Shown: positions 39,670-50,222 of the stretch, piece after piece
Position numbering within the stretch: the stretch's first letter is position 1
Layout of the letters: every line of letters begins with the position of its first letter
Assembly: GCA_041601615.1 (NCBI GenBank)
Contig: JBFIHX010000004.1
Coordinates: 96,001 to 160,000, forward strand
DNA: 64,000 nt
From: Thermoplasmatota archaeon
GTDB taxonomy: Archaea; Thermoplasmatota; E2; JACPAO01; JAHFTW01
Direction: 5' to 3'
Position numbers and translations under genes: made by a program
Notes under the pieces: model-generated
Database searches by the model: none
The model's input: only the letters and a program-made list of their open reading frames with translations
What the model was told of the DNA's origin: nothing

Positions 39670-39792
39670 CTATTCCGGCAGGACTTCGATGATGCCCTGC
39701 TCGCGGAGCCTTCGGGCCTTGAAATGGAGGTACCAGTCCCGGTCGCGACGGTTCTGCTCCATGACAAGTGCAACTTCCTCCGCTATGGTCAT
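39670..39792 (-). CDS. Small hypothetical protein (40 aa), coupled to the nucleotidyltransferase pseudogene
   Basis: Manual translation MTIAEEVALVMEQNRRDRDWYLHFKARRLREQGIIEVLPE. Its ATG overlaps the upstream TGA. Confidence 0.55.
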   Translation of the reverse strand: MTIAEEVALVMEQNRRDRDWYLHFKARRLREQGIIEVLPE

Positions 39793-40405
39793 AAGGTATG
39801 TCTCCGCAAATTCTCTACTACATGTGATGATACTTCCAAGGATTTGGCCGTTGCGGAAACCCGTGCCCAGTCGATTGCCTCCTAGGCGACGATGGCAATA
39901 TGCTCGGCATCTTCTAGATCCTTGCCAGATTCTCCCCTCGATAGATATAGCTTAAACGCGATTTGATCAGAAAGATCACTGATGCGCCCCTCAGTGCCCA
40001 AGAGGTCCAACGACCATGCATCATCCAATGCTTGTTGGCCCATTCGATCTTTGGCAAATTTTACCTCCATGTTTGGTTCGTCCGTTGCATCAATGGCGAA
40101 TCGAAGCGCAATCTGGTGACTCAAGGTGTCCCACGCAGTATCCACGGAGGAAGCCTGAAGACAGTAGAACCCGCATCATGGAGGCGAATCCACCAGGATC
40201 GAAATACGGATTCGCTGTGGGGCCTCAGCAACATATCAATGTCTTCAGTCATTCGAGTCCGCCCCAATACAATCGCTGAATAGCCCGAGACCAACACGCC
40301 TTCAACTTCACCCATGGTCTCAAGAAATTTCACCACGAAATCATCGTACGCGCTTACGCTCTCTTGGACCTCAATTCGACCCGGACGAACAACGACTTTC
40401 GCCAT
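39789..40405 (-). pseudogene. Minimal nucleotidyltransferase-like gene with a frameshift and an in-frame TAG
   Basis: VSGYSAIVLGRTRMTEDID (G...DxD motif) and KDLEDAEH. One missing base near 40168 restores AGFYCLQASSVDTAW. TAG at 39882-39884 is followed by a plausible continuation EAIDWARV... to TGA 39789. Confidence 0.75.
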
Positions 40406-41769
40406 CAATCCACCGACACGATCTCCTTAACCAAGTGCTCCGTCTGGTCTCGCTTCTCCTGATGTTCCTTCAAGAAACCGAGCAGAAGCTCTGCTGCTTC
40501 ACCCTTGCATCCACCACACAGCCGTTCGCCGCCGACGCACTCATCGTAGACTTGTTGGAGATGGTTGTCGTCCTTGGCCAAATGGTACAGGAATAACTCG
40601 TACACGGGGCACTTGTCTGCCTCGCCGCCCTTCTGGCGTTGCTCCTCGGCCGACCCACGACCACCCGTGACACTAGCCAAGACCTTCTTGGACGCGACCT
40701 TCGGCTCTTCCGTAAGAAACGCGCTGCTTTCGGGCTTGCTGCTGCTCATTTTTTCGCCCGTGAAGCCCGTCATGAAGCGATGGAATGTGGCACTGGGGCG
40801 GATGAATGCGAGGCCGCCTTTCTTGGCTTCCTTCTGGGCCAATGCAAGGTCCAAGTCCCGAACATCCTTCATGCTCATGTTGTCGCCCAGGTACAAGTGA
40901 CGGTAGGCGTCGTTGCGCACCCGATCCATGCGCGTGCCCATGCCTTGGTCTTCCAGGACGGCCTCGGCCATGTCGAGCCAGCGCTTCGGGTCTTCGTCGC
41001 CTCGAATGGCGATGGCCCAACCCGCCTTCGCCTTCGGCCCCTCGGCCTTGTCCGCGTGGTAGACATTGAAAGTACGCCATGATTGCGCAATGTCCCGAGC
41101 GAGCCGAATGTGCGGATCTTGATCTACACCCACAGGAACAAGCACCGGGCGAGGGCCGCCGAGATCCGGTCGTTGCACATGCAGGATATCTGCTGCTTGG
41201 ACAAGCGGCGCGTTGACGTGCGCAATGGTGGTTTTGTCGCCAAAACCGTACATCTGCTGCATTTGGCTCCACTTGACTTTGAGAGCGAATCGATCAGCCA
41301 GGTCCTTGACGCGGTGGCGTTTGGTTTGGAAATACACCTCCGCCGAGTTTGGATCCAACCCGAGTGCCAGGTAGTTGCGAACATATTGGTCGATGGCCAG
41401 CTCCTGCGCCTTCTCAATGCTGAGGTTGCGCGCAGCGACCGCTTCGAAGTCTGCCACCGCGATGTGCAAGTCGGCGCCATGCTGCTGATGAGCGATGCAC
41501 TGCTCGATGACCATTTTGTGACCGAGATGCATCAAACCCGACGGCATGAGGCCGGTCATCACCGACCAAGGCTCCTTGCGGCTGACGGCGTCACGGATGC
41601 GCTGAAAGTCACGGTGCCCGAAAACCACGCCTCGTTTCAGGAGCATATGTGGCGCATCGAACGCCTGCCAGTCCTCGGCGCCGAAGGGTTCGATGCCGAA
41701 CTCGGACCGTAGGCGGGCGTAGTCCTGGTATTGACTACTGCCCCAGGGATCAATGTGCACGCGTGGCAC
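40405..41769 (-). CDS. trpS: Tryptophanyl-tRNA synthetase (archaeal type)
   Basis: MPSGLMHLGH, QAADIL, PVGVDQDPH, KMSSS, C-terminal C..G...CG.CK. Confidence 0.95.
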   Translation of the reverse strand: MPRVHIDPWGSSQYQDYARLRSEFGIEPFGAEDWQAFDAPHMLLKRGVVFGHRDFQRIRDAVSRKEPWSVMTGLMPSGLMHLGHKMVIEQCIAHQQHGADLHIAVADFEAVAARNLSIEKAQELAIDQYVRNYLALGLDPNSAEVYFQTKRHRVKDLADRFALKVKWSQMQQMYGFGDKTTIAHVNAPLVQAADILHVQRPDLGGPRPVLVPVGVDQDPHIRLARDIAQSWRTFNVYHADKAEGPKAKAGWAIAIRGDEDPKRWLDMAEAVLEDQGMGTRMDRVRNDAYRHLYLGDNMSMKDVRDLDLALAQKEAKKGGLAFIRPSATFHRFMTGFTGEKMSSSKPESSAFLTEEPKVASKKVLASVTGGRGSAEEQRQKGGEADKCPVYELFLYHLAKDDNHLQQVYDECVGGERLCGGCKGEAAELLLGFLKEHQEKRDQTEHLVKEIVSVD

Positions 41770-41773
41770 AGGC

Positions 41774-42181
41774 TCATGCCTCTCTTGGCTGCTTCGCCCC
41801 GCGATGGGGCCACAGAAGACCCGTCAGAGCGCCAAGCGCCGCGACCACCGGGAGCCACGGAGCTTCCCACGCGGAGTCGTTGCCAGGAATCTTGGGCACG
41901 GCCGTCGCGGTCCAGCCAGGAACATAGGTAATCCCGTCGACCTGCGGCTCGGGCCGAGCTAGGACCGTCCACGCTCCGGGGTGCGGGCTGCTGGCTGTCA
42001 ACTCATGCGCTCCGGCGTCCACACGGATGGATTCGGTCTCGTTGTCTCCCGTGGTGGCGACCCAGACACCATCGAGGTGCCAGGAAACCGGAAGTCCCTC
42101 GGTACCGGAACTGACCAATCGGAGGTCCGTATCTTCCATGAGTACAGGTGAAAGGACCAGCAATGCGAGCAGGGGCATCAT
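41774..42181 (-). CDS. Small secreted, C-terminally anchored beta-domain protein
   Basis: Hydrophobic N-terminus, WHLDG...GAHELTA Ig-like strands, C-terminal TM. ATGA-coupled to the lamin-tail gene. Confidence 0.65.
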   Translation of the reverse strand: MMPLLALLVLSPVLMEDTDLRLVSSGTEGLPVSWHLDGVWVATTGDNETESIRVDAGAHELTASSPHPGAWTVLARPEPQVDGITYVPGWTATAVPKIPGNDSAWEAPWLPVVAALGALTGLLWPHRGAKQPREA

Positions 42182-43305
42182 GGGACCACCGTGAAGGAAG
42201 TGTGGTAGTTACCAGCCGGGAGTGGACTTGGGATGTCCAGGATACTCAGCATCACTTCGACTGCCTCCCCCGCAGCAAGCGGTGGCAGCGCGGTGAGTGG
42301 CGCATCGTAGGAAGTCCAAACCCATTCCGAATTTGCGTCAATTCGTGTGCCGATGCGCGCATGGCCTGCGACTGGAATGGTGCCGGGGCCTTGGAGATCG
42401 CTCAGGTCAATTCGAGGCGTTTCTTCGTCGGTTCCCTCATTGAAAATGTGGAACGACTCATCTGCGTCTACAGGGCCGCCGCCCGGCGGGAGGCTGGGAA
42501 ATCGAATCCCGCCCGGGGGAATGGAAACGCGTAGAGCTTCCTCGACCACGGACAGTGTCGCCGTGATCTGGTCTTCGTTTCCGGCCTCATCTTCGGCCCA
42601 CAGCGTCAAAACAACGTCGCCAGGGTCATCGAATCGAACCAGAAGCTCGTGCCTGCCAGATTCGCCCGCGTGGAGTACCGAGGCACCGTGCGCGAGCGTC
42701 CAGGAAGCGTCGTCGTCGTTCGGCTCGCGCACCTCAATGATGACGATGCCGGCCTCGCCGGGTCGAAGTTGATCGGGGACGGATGCAAATTCTACGACCG
42801 GAGGCACATCTTCTACGGTGATGGTCGCGGTGGAGACTTGTTCTCCCATGGCGCCACCGGGACTCGGGTCGTGTTCTGCCCATCCGTCGGCAGTGCGGTG
42901 CAGACTCTGGCCTTTGGGTGGTGCAGGAAGCTCGGAGGTGCCGTAGGATACGGCCTCGACCACGGCGCCCGCTGGATTCAGCAATTGTGCCGTGTCGCCG
43001 CCATTGTTCCATACGGTCCCGGAGGCTGTGGCGGGCCCCATGGCGTCGGCCGATCCGCCGCTCCACAAGACGACGTATCCTCGGGGCGCGATGGACCTGG
43101 AGAACGTGTATCCGTTCCCGGCGGAATCTTCGATGCGCCAGCCGGCCAAGTCGAATTCGGTGTTGGCGGGGTTGTACAATTCAATGAACTCGCGGCCCGT
43201 GTCTGGATCGGGGTAGATTTCACTGATCTGGGGCATTGCAGGATCCTGGCCCACGGCGGGAGGCACGAGGGCCAGGAGAAGCAGGAACGTTAGGGTTCGG
43301 TGCAT
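42178..43305 (-). CDS. Secreted lamin-tail-domain protein
   Basis: ISEIYPDP...EFIELYN...DLAGWRIED...WNNGGD LTD signature after a signal peptide (ATG 43305). Confidence 0.85.
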   Translation of the reverse strand: MHRTLTFLLLLALVPPAVGQDPAMPQISEIYPDPDTGREFIELYNPANTEFDLAGWRIEDSAGNGYTFSRSIAPRGYVVLWSGGSADAMGPATASGTVWNNGGDTAQLLNPAGAVVEAVSYGTSELPAPPKGQSLHRTADGWAEHDPSPGGAMGEQVSTATITVEDVPPVVEFASVPDQLRPGEAGIVIIEVREPNDDDASWTLAHGASVLHAGESGRHELLVRFDDPGDVVLTLWAEDEAGNEDQITATLSVVEEALRVSIPPGGIRFPSLPPGGGPVDADESFHIFNEGTDEETPRIDLSDLQGPGTIPVAGHARIGTRIDANSEWVWTSYDAPLTALPPLAAGEAVEVMLSILDIPSPLPAGNYHTSFTVVP

Positions 43306-43439
43306 GAGGGGTCCATGAAAGGGGGGTACAAAGGGAGCGTCGGCCGCACCGGGGCCGGTGCCGCACACACCAAGATCTGTGCCACTCAGGCCAAGAACCG
43401 GGCGAGTCCCTTCAAGTACCTGAAACCGTAGCGGGGCGG

Positions 43440-44009
43440 GTGTTGCATTCTCCTCGCCGAGCCTTGGTCGCTGCCCTGTTATTGCTGGGGCTTGGACAGG
43501 CCTGGCTTGCCGCCGTCGAGGTGCCCGAGGTGCCCATCGCGCAAGCGAGTCGCTACGAGGGCCAGGAGGTGGTCGTGCAAGGATTGGTGCGTTCTGCAAC
43601 CCGTTTCGACGATGAAGCTCGACTGGTGTTGGCGTCCGATGGATACGGATTGAAGGTGCAAACGACCGACTTGACCATCCAACAAGGTTCCCTGGTTCGG
43701 GCCGAGGGCCGACTTGTACGCTTCGGCACCGATCTCGTGCTGCTTGCCACAAGCGTCAAGGGCGAGGCGCCACCTTCGGCGCTTCCTGTTTCCCTTGACG
43801 CCCTGCTAGATCAATCCCCCGACCAACTCGTACGAGTGACGGGCACCATTCAGGACGGCTACCTGATCCAACACGGTACACGCGTGCAACTTGGGCAGGG
43901 TCCGTGGCCGGAGTCCGGCCGAGTTTCGGCCGTCGCGACCGCCATGCAAGACCCAAGCTGCGCTTGCCTGCGATTGCACGCCCATTCGGTGCAACCATGG
44001 ACGGAATGA
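43440..44009 (+). CDS. Membrane-anchored protein with putative OB-fold(s)
   Basis: N-terminal TM followed by EGQEVVVQGLV...GSLVRAEGRLV and LVRVTGTI OB-like strands. Confidence 0.6.
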   Translation: MLHSPRRALVAALLLLGLGQAWLAAVEVPEVPIAQASRYEGQEVVVQGLVRSATRFDDEARLVLASDGYGLKVQTTDLTIQQGSLVRAEGRLVRFGTDLVLLATSVKGEAPPSALPVSLDALLDQSPDQLVRVTGTIQDGYLIQHGTRVQLGQGPWPESGRVSAVATAMQDPSCACLRLHAHSVQPWTE

Positions 44010-45244
44010 CGCTGCTCGGCGTGGGACTGCTTGGTTCCGTTCTGGGACTTGTCACGGGGCTCGTGCCTGGCCTGCATGTCAATACGCTAGCCGCGGTTGC
44101 TCTTGCCAGCATGCCTTGGGCAGGTGATGCAGCGGCGCTCGCACTCGTGGCCATTGGTGTTGCCCACACGTTCGTGTCCATAATACCCGCGACCTACCTT
44201 GGTGCTCCCGGAGAGGACACCGCACACTCGGTGCTGCCGGCCCATAGGCTCCTCTTTGAAGGTCAGGGCCCGGCGGCGATCCACTCAAGCGTACACGCCA
44301 GTCTTCTCGGGCTTCTTGGCGCTTTGGCGCTCCTCTGGCCATTGCGTTGGTTGTTGGGTGCTCCAAACCACTTCGTCCAAGAGATGGACGGTGTCGCGCC
44401 GTGGTTGCTTGGGCTGACTCTGGTTGCGCTTGTGGCCATGGAAGTACCCCGAGGCCCGCATCGGTTGTTCTCGGCGTTGCTTGTGGGGGCCCTTGCGTCG
44501 TGGCTTGGCATGCTTGCGTTTCAGTGGCCAACGCGGGCCCTGTTTGATGTTCCTTCCTCGGCACTTTTGCCCCTTTTGGCAGGGCTTTTCGGCGTCCCTG
44601 GACTTGTCGTAGCGCTGCACACGGGGGCGCAAATCCCCCTTCAAGACCCATCACCCTCCTGGAGTGCCCGGTCCGCCGCAAGAACCATGGATATTCTGCC
44701 TGGATTGGGTGTGACAGCGTTCACGGCGGCACTTCCGGGGCTCACGGGTGCAGTCAGCACCAGCATGGCGCGCATCGGACGTCGCACCGACAATCCGCAC
44801 GCGATTCTCGCTACGTTGTCGGTTGTGAACACTGCGCACGCCGTTCTTGCGTTGGGAATGTTGTGGCTCGTGGGCCGGACACGTTCGGGCCTAGGTCAGG
44901 CGGTCGGCATTCTATCCCCTTCGTTGCCCTGGTCCACGGGCCCTCCTCCCAGTTTCATGGCAGCGGTGCTCGTGACGATTCTCTTGGCAGGGATTGTCGG
45001 CGCCGTGGGGACACTTTGGTTGGAGCGCCCCGTTCGGTTGTTGCTTGATTGTGTCCCCACGCGAGCGCCTGCGATTGCCGGCCTTGTGGTGCTGCTGGCG
45101 CTCACTTGCTTGTTGACAGGGCCTGCGGGCGTGCTCTTGTTGTCCATCGCGGCGATGGTCGGATCGGTGCCGTTGGTGCTGGGTGTGCGTCGGGTGCATT
45201 TGGCCGCCGCGTTGATTGTACCCATTATGGTGCGGATTGTATGA
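43997..45244 (+). CDS. Archaeal TctA-like (DUF112) membrane protein
   Basis: GLVTGLVPGLHVN, HTFVSIIPATYLGAP, SVLPAHRLL.EG.G, PLLAGLFG, GRTRSG. Confidence 0.85.
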   Translation: MDGMTLLGVGLLGSVLGLVTGLVPGLHVNTLAAVALASMPWAGDAAALALVAIGVAHTFVSIIPATYLGAPGEDTAHSVLPAHRLLFEGQGPAAIHSSVHASLLGLLGALALLWPLRWLLGAPNHFVQEMDGVAPWLLGLTLVALVAMEVPRGPHRLFSALLVGALASWLGMLAFQWPTRALFDVPSSALLPLLAGLFGVPGLVVALHTGAQIPLQDPSPSWSARSAARTMDILPGLGVTAFTAALPGLTGAVSTSMARIGRRTDNPHAILATLSVVNTAHAVLALGMLWLVGRTRSGLGQAVGILSPSLPWSTGPPPSFMAAVLVTILLAGIVGAVGTLWLERPVRLLLDCVPTRAPAIAGLVVLLALTCLLTGPAGVLLLSIAAMVGSVPLVLGVRRVHLAAALIVPIMVRIV

Positions 45245-45716
45245 TCAGATTCAGTTCCGCCTGGGCATCTTCTTGGACGTCCAATCCTGCGTCCCGGGAC
45301 GCCACCAACAGAGCCGGGTATGCGCCAAGGTGCCCTCCGAATCGATCTTGCACTAGGGTGACTGCCTCCATCGCCAAGCTAGGGTCGTCGCCCTTGGCGG
45401 CGGCTAGTCGTTGCAGCCAACCAGCGAATCCACCCTCAGGAACGGGTGCCGTTGGCGGCGGCGCTGGGGTGGCGTCGGGGTCCGGTCGAAACCGCCGTCC
45501 AATGGTCACTGTTGCCGGGTCGAGGGTAAGTCGAAGCTCGTCGCCGTCGGTTGCAAGCAGTCCAGCATCCTGGGCGGCGGCAACATACCGGCGCGCCTGG
45601 GCCGGTGTCATCCAGCCAAGCTCCAGACTCAGAATATGCGCCCAGCGTGCCGCAGGGAGCGTGCGAGTTGCCTGTCGAATCGCCACGAATGCGAACGCTT
45701 GGGCTGCTTCAGACAC
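45225..45716 (-). CDS. DUF2240 family protein
   Basis: ILSLELGWMTPAQARRYV...GLL...DPATVTIG.RFRP. GTG start with TTTAAC 23 nt upstream. Confidence 0.75.
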   Translation of the reverse strand: MSEAAQAFAFVAIRQATRTLPAARWAHILSLELGWMTPAQARRYVAAAQDAGLLATDGDELRLTLDPATVTIGRRFRPDPDATPAPPPTAPVPEGGFAGWLQRLAAAKGDDPSLAMEAVTLVQDRFGGHLGAYPALLVASRDAGLDVQEDAQAELNLIIQSAP

Positions 45717-45971
45717 GGCGCTGGCCACGTCGCCAGCGGTTAAAGGGGAGGTGGCGGTCCGCGACTTGCCGCAATGATGAATGAATCCAAAGCTGATCTT
45801 GATGACAAGACGGGCGGGCTGAGCGGCAAGGGTACAGTCAGCGAGTTCAAGGCACCCATGCCGTGACCTGGATGCCTGGAGCGCAAACTCGACAAGGTGT
45901 GGCGGCAAGGTGCCGCCAAATGCAACCGTTCTCACCAAAACGCTGATGGCGGAGCGCCCTCTCAGCCGAGT

Positions 45972-46493
45972 ATGAAGCGATTCGCCCTGCTGCTTGCCCT
46001 TGCAGTGCTCCTGCCCGGTTGCGCCAGCGAGAGTTCTCCCGAAGATCCCACGGAGGGCACGCCTGACAGCCCGGCTCCGACGGAAGACCTGCTTCCCGAG
46101 TCCACTCGAGGCAGTGCGGTGGTGACCGGCGCCGGCGTGGAAGGCGCGAGCGGCGGTTTTGGAGGCGCAGCGGCGACGATCACGGCACGCGAGGGAGCCA
46201 CACTTCTGTACGCCGAGATTCAGTGGGCGGACCCGGTGTTTGACATCGATCTCGCACTTTCCAGTCCTGCGGAGGACCACTCGGCCAATCCCGTCATGTA
46301 CGATCACACGGTAAGCGGCGGCAGCCCCGGCTCCCCGGACAGCCCCCACAGCATCACGATTCAAGCCCCCGCTGCGGGCGAGTGGTTGGGCAGTGCATTT
46401 GCCAATGGCGTCGGCGTAGAAGTGGCGTACGACGTGGCCCTGACCGTGTTCTATGGCGAGACAACTGTCCCCGATGGATACACCGGATTCTAG
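45972..46493 (+). CDS. Lipoprotein with PPC-like beta domain
   Basis: MKRFALLLALAVLLPGC lipobox, W...DIDLALSSP, PAAGEW. Confidence 0.75.
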   Translation: MKRFALLLALAVLLPGCASESSPEDPTEGTPDSPAPTEDLLPESTRGSAVVTGAGVEGASGGFGGAAATITAREGATLLYAEIQWADPVFDIDLALSSPAEDHSANPVMYDHTVSGGSPGSPDSPHSITIQAPAAGEWLGSAFANGVGVEVAYDVALTVFYGETTVPDGYTGF

Positions 46494-46562
46494 GCCTCCC
46501 GACCAAACCGCTCAAATATCGGGCCTTACTCGGCCGAATCCGCCCCTGATGGGGAATCGCAC

Positions 46563-46633
46563 GCGAGGATAGTGTAGTGGTATCACGGTGCCTTGCCAAG
46601 GCACCAACTCGGGTTCAAATCCCGGTCCCCGCA
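46563..46633 (+). tRNA. tRNA-Gly(GCC), copy 1
   Basis: Cloverleaf with anticodon arm GTGCC-TTGCCAA-GGCAC and T-loop TTCAAAT. No encoded CCA. Confidence 0.95.
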
Positions 46634-46667
46634 TTTTCATTTTCAACCGCAATTTCGGAGTCACCAC

Positions 46668-46738
46668 GCGAGGATAGTGTAGTGGTATCACGGTGCCTTG
46701 CCAAGGCACCAACTCGGGTTCAAATCCCGGTCCCCGCA
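46668..46738 (+). tRNA. tRNA-Gly(GCC), copy 2
   Basis: Identical to copy 1 at a 105-bp period. Confidence 0.95.
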
Positions 46739-46909
46739 TCTCCTTTTCCCTTCTTTGCTTGTTTCTTGATTTTTGTCTTGGACTGCGACAGGTTCGCCCC
46801 CGAACGCTCTTATGCCGCTTCGGGTGGCGTCGGACCTGTCCCGGACGCTTGGACCTCTTTGCGCCCGAATTCACCTTGGCTTCTGGTCTCGGTTCTCCCG
46901 GTTTTCCTC

Positions 46910-48445
46910 ATGTTCGATCTCTTTCGACCCCACTCGACTGCCAAGGGTGCTTGGACGCCCAAGGCGCTGCGCCAGAACGTGTTTTCGGGCCTCACGGTCG
47001 CGCTTGCAATGGTGCCGGAGGCGATCGCGTTCTCCTTCGTGGCCGGTGTGCATCCATTGGTTGGATTGTATGCTGCATTCCTGATGTGCCTCGTGACGGC
47101 GCTGCTTGGCGGCCGCCCGGGTATGATCAGTGGTGCCACGGGCGCGCTGGCGGTGGTGATGGTGGCGTTGGTGGCCGAGCATGGCGTGGAGTATCTGTTT
47201 GCGGCGGTCGTTTTGATGGGGCTGCTTCAGATTGCGTTCGGGGCGCTGCGGCTTGGTAAGTTCATTCGCATGGTGCCGCATCCGGTAATGCTTGGTTTCG
47301 TCAACGGCCTAGCCATCGTCATTTTTCTTGCCCAACTGGAGAGTTTCAAGGTGGGCGAGTCGTGGATTGGAGGCAGACAGCTCTGGACAATGCTTGGGCT
47401 GACGGCGCTGTCGGTGGGCCTCATCTACGGTATTCCGCGCATCAACAAGGGCCTCCCGGCGCCGCTTCTTGCGATTCTGGGCATTGCGTTGGTGTCGGTG
47501 CTGTTCGGGCTGGACACGCGCACGGTTTCGGACCTTGCAATCATCAAAGGCGGGCTTCCCACACTTGGATTCCCGAAGGTGCCGTGGCAACTGGATACAC
47601 TGCGCATCATCCTGCCGTACTCGCTTATTCTTGCGGCCATTGGACTCATCGAGAGCTTGTTGACGCTGAACCTCATCGACGAGATGACAGACACCCGGGG
47701 CCGGCCCAACAAGGAATGTCTAGCACAGGGCACCGCGAACATCGTCACGGGCTTCTTTGGCGGCATGGGCGGCTGCGCGATGATTGGCCAGTCGATGATC
47801 AACGTGGGCAACGGTGGCACGCGGCGCCTGAGCGGTGTCGTTGCGGCCATTGCGCTCATTTTGAGCATTCTGTTCTTTTACGAGTGGATCGGCATGATTC
47901 CGCTTGCGGCGCTTGTGGGTCTCATGGTTGTCGTGTCGCTGAAGACGTTCGCGTGGGCAAGTCTGCGGGTGCTCAACCGCGTGCCGCGCCATGATGCGTT
48001 CGTCATTCTCGCGGTAACACTCGTGACTGTGCTCACAGACCTTGCCGTGGCCGTGGTGGCCGGGGTCATCATCGCGGCACTGGTGTTTGCCTGGCAGCAC
48101 GCCAAAGAAATTCGGGTTGTTGCGCGCGACACGGCGGAGGGACGCATTTACGATGTGCAAGGGACGCTGTTCTTTGCTTCTACAGCGAGTTTTGCTGCGG
48201 CGTTTTCTCCACGCACCGACCCGGACGACGTCATCATTGAGTTCCAAGGCGCCAAGGTCATGGACCACTCGGCGCTGGAAGCAGTGGAGTCGCTCGTGGG
48301 TCGCTACGAGGCGCGAGGAAAGCGCGTGCGCCTGCGGCACCTTAGCCCGGATTGCCTAGAACTCTTGGACCGTGCCCGCAGCACGGCCGAAATTGATCCG
48401 GTGGGCGATCCTCACTACCATCCGGCGGTCAATGAGCTAGGTTGA
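46910..48445 (+). CDS. SulP family anion transporter with STAS domain
   Basis: ALAMVPEAIAF, GRPGMISGATG, GGMGGCAMIGQS, C-terminal STAS (LFFAS...DHSALEA). Confidence 0.92.
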   Translation: MFDLFRPHSTAKGAWTPKALRQNVFSGLTVALAMVPEAIAFSFVAGVHPLVGLYAAFLMCLVTALLGGRPGMISGATGALAVVMVALVAEHGVEYLFAAVVLMGLLQIAFGALRLGKFIRMVPHPVMLGFVNGLAIVIFLAQLESFKVGESWIGGRQLWTMLGLTALSVGLIYGIPRINKGLPAPLLAILGIALVSVLFGLDTRTVSDLAIIKGGLPTLGFPKVPWQLDTLRIILPYSLILAAIGLIESLLTLNLIDEMTDTRGRPNKECLAQGTANIVTGFFGGMGGCAMIGQSMINVGNGGTRRLSGVVAAIALILSILFFYEWIGMIPLAALVGLMVVVSLKTFAWASLRVLNRVPRHDAFVILAVTLVTVLTDLAVAVVAGVIIAALVFAWQHAKEIRVVARDTAEGRIYDVQGTLFFASTASFAAAFSPRTDPDDVIIEFQGAKVMDHSALEAVESLVGRYEARGKRVRLRHLSPDCLELLDRARSTAEIDPVGDPHYHPAVNELG

Positions 48446-48585
48446 GGCAGATCTTGCAGCTGCAGGGACAGCATCAGCGGCGCTGTCGGGGTTGTTCCCG
48501 CTGAACCGCTGGCCCTACCTCTTTGTTGCCGCCCTGTTGCCGCCTCTCCCGTGCGCCCTTCTGTGGCCACTGGGCAAGGTGCTCC

Positions 48586-50061
<1,476 letters not shown>

Positions 50062-50079
50062 GTTCGCGCCGCATCGATT

Positions 50080-50100
50080 TGTGAACACGGCATGTTCACA
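50080..50100 (+). terminator. Hairpin downstream of catalase
   Basis: TGTGAACA-cggca-TGTTCACA inverted repeat. Confidence 0.4.
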
Positions 50101-50222
50101 GCGCCCGACCCAGCCGTGCGCCCCCCGTCCTCCGCGCCCACAAGCACGAAGCGCATCATCCGCCCCAGGCCCATTCCCATCCCCTGCACCCGCTTATCCA
50201 TCCTGGGAGCCAAGCAGCCGTC

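Noticed and set aside
39882-39884. Pyrrolysine or TAG recoding
   Set aside because: Many intact genes here end in TAG, the same gene is also frameshifted, and no pyl genes are seen.
40830-41090. Insertion in TrpRS as a possible intein
   Set aside because: No Cys/Ser start or His-Asn end. It appears to be an ordinary insertion domain of euryarchaeal-type TrpRS.
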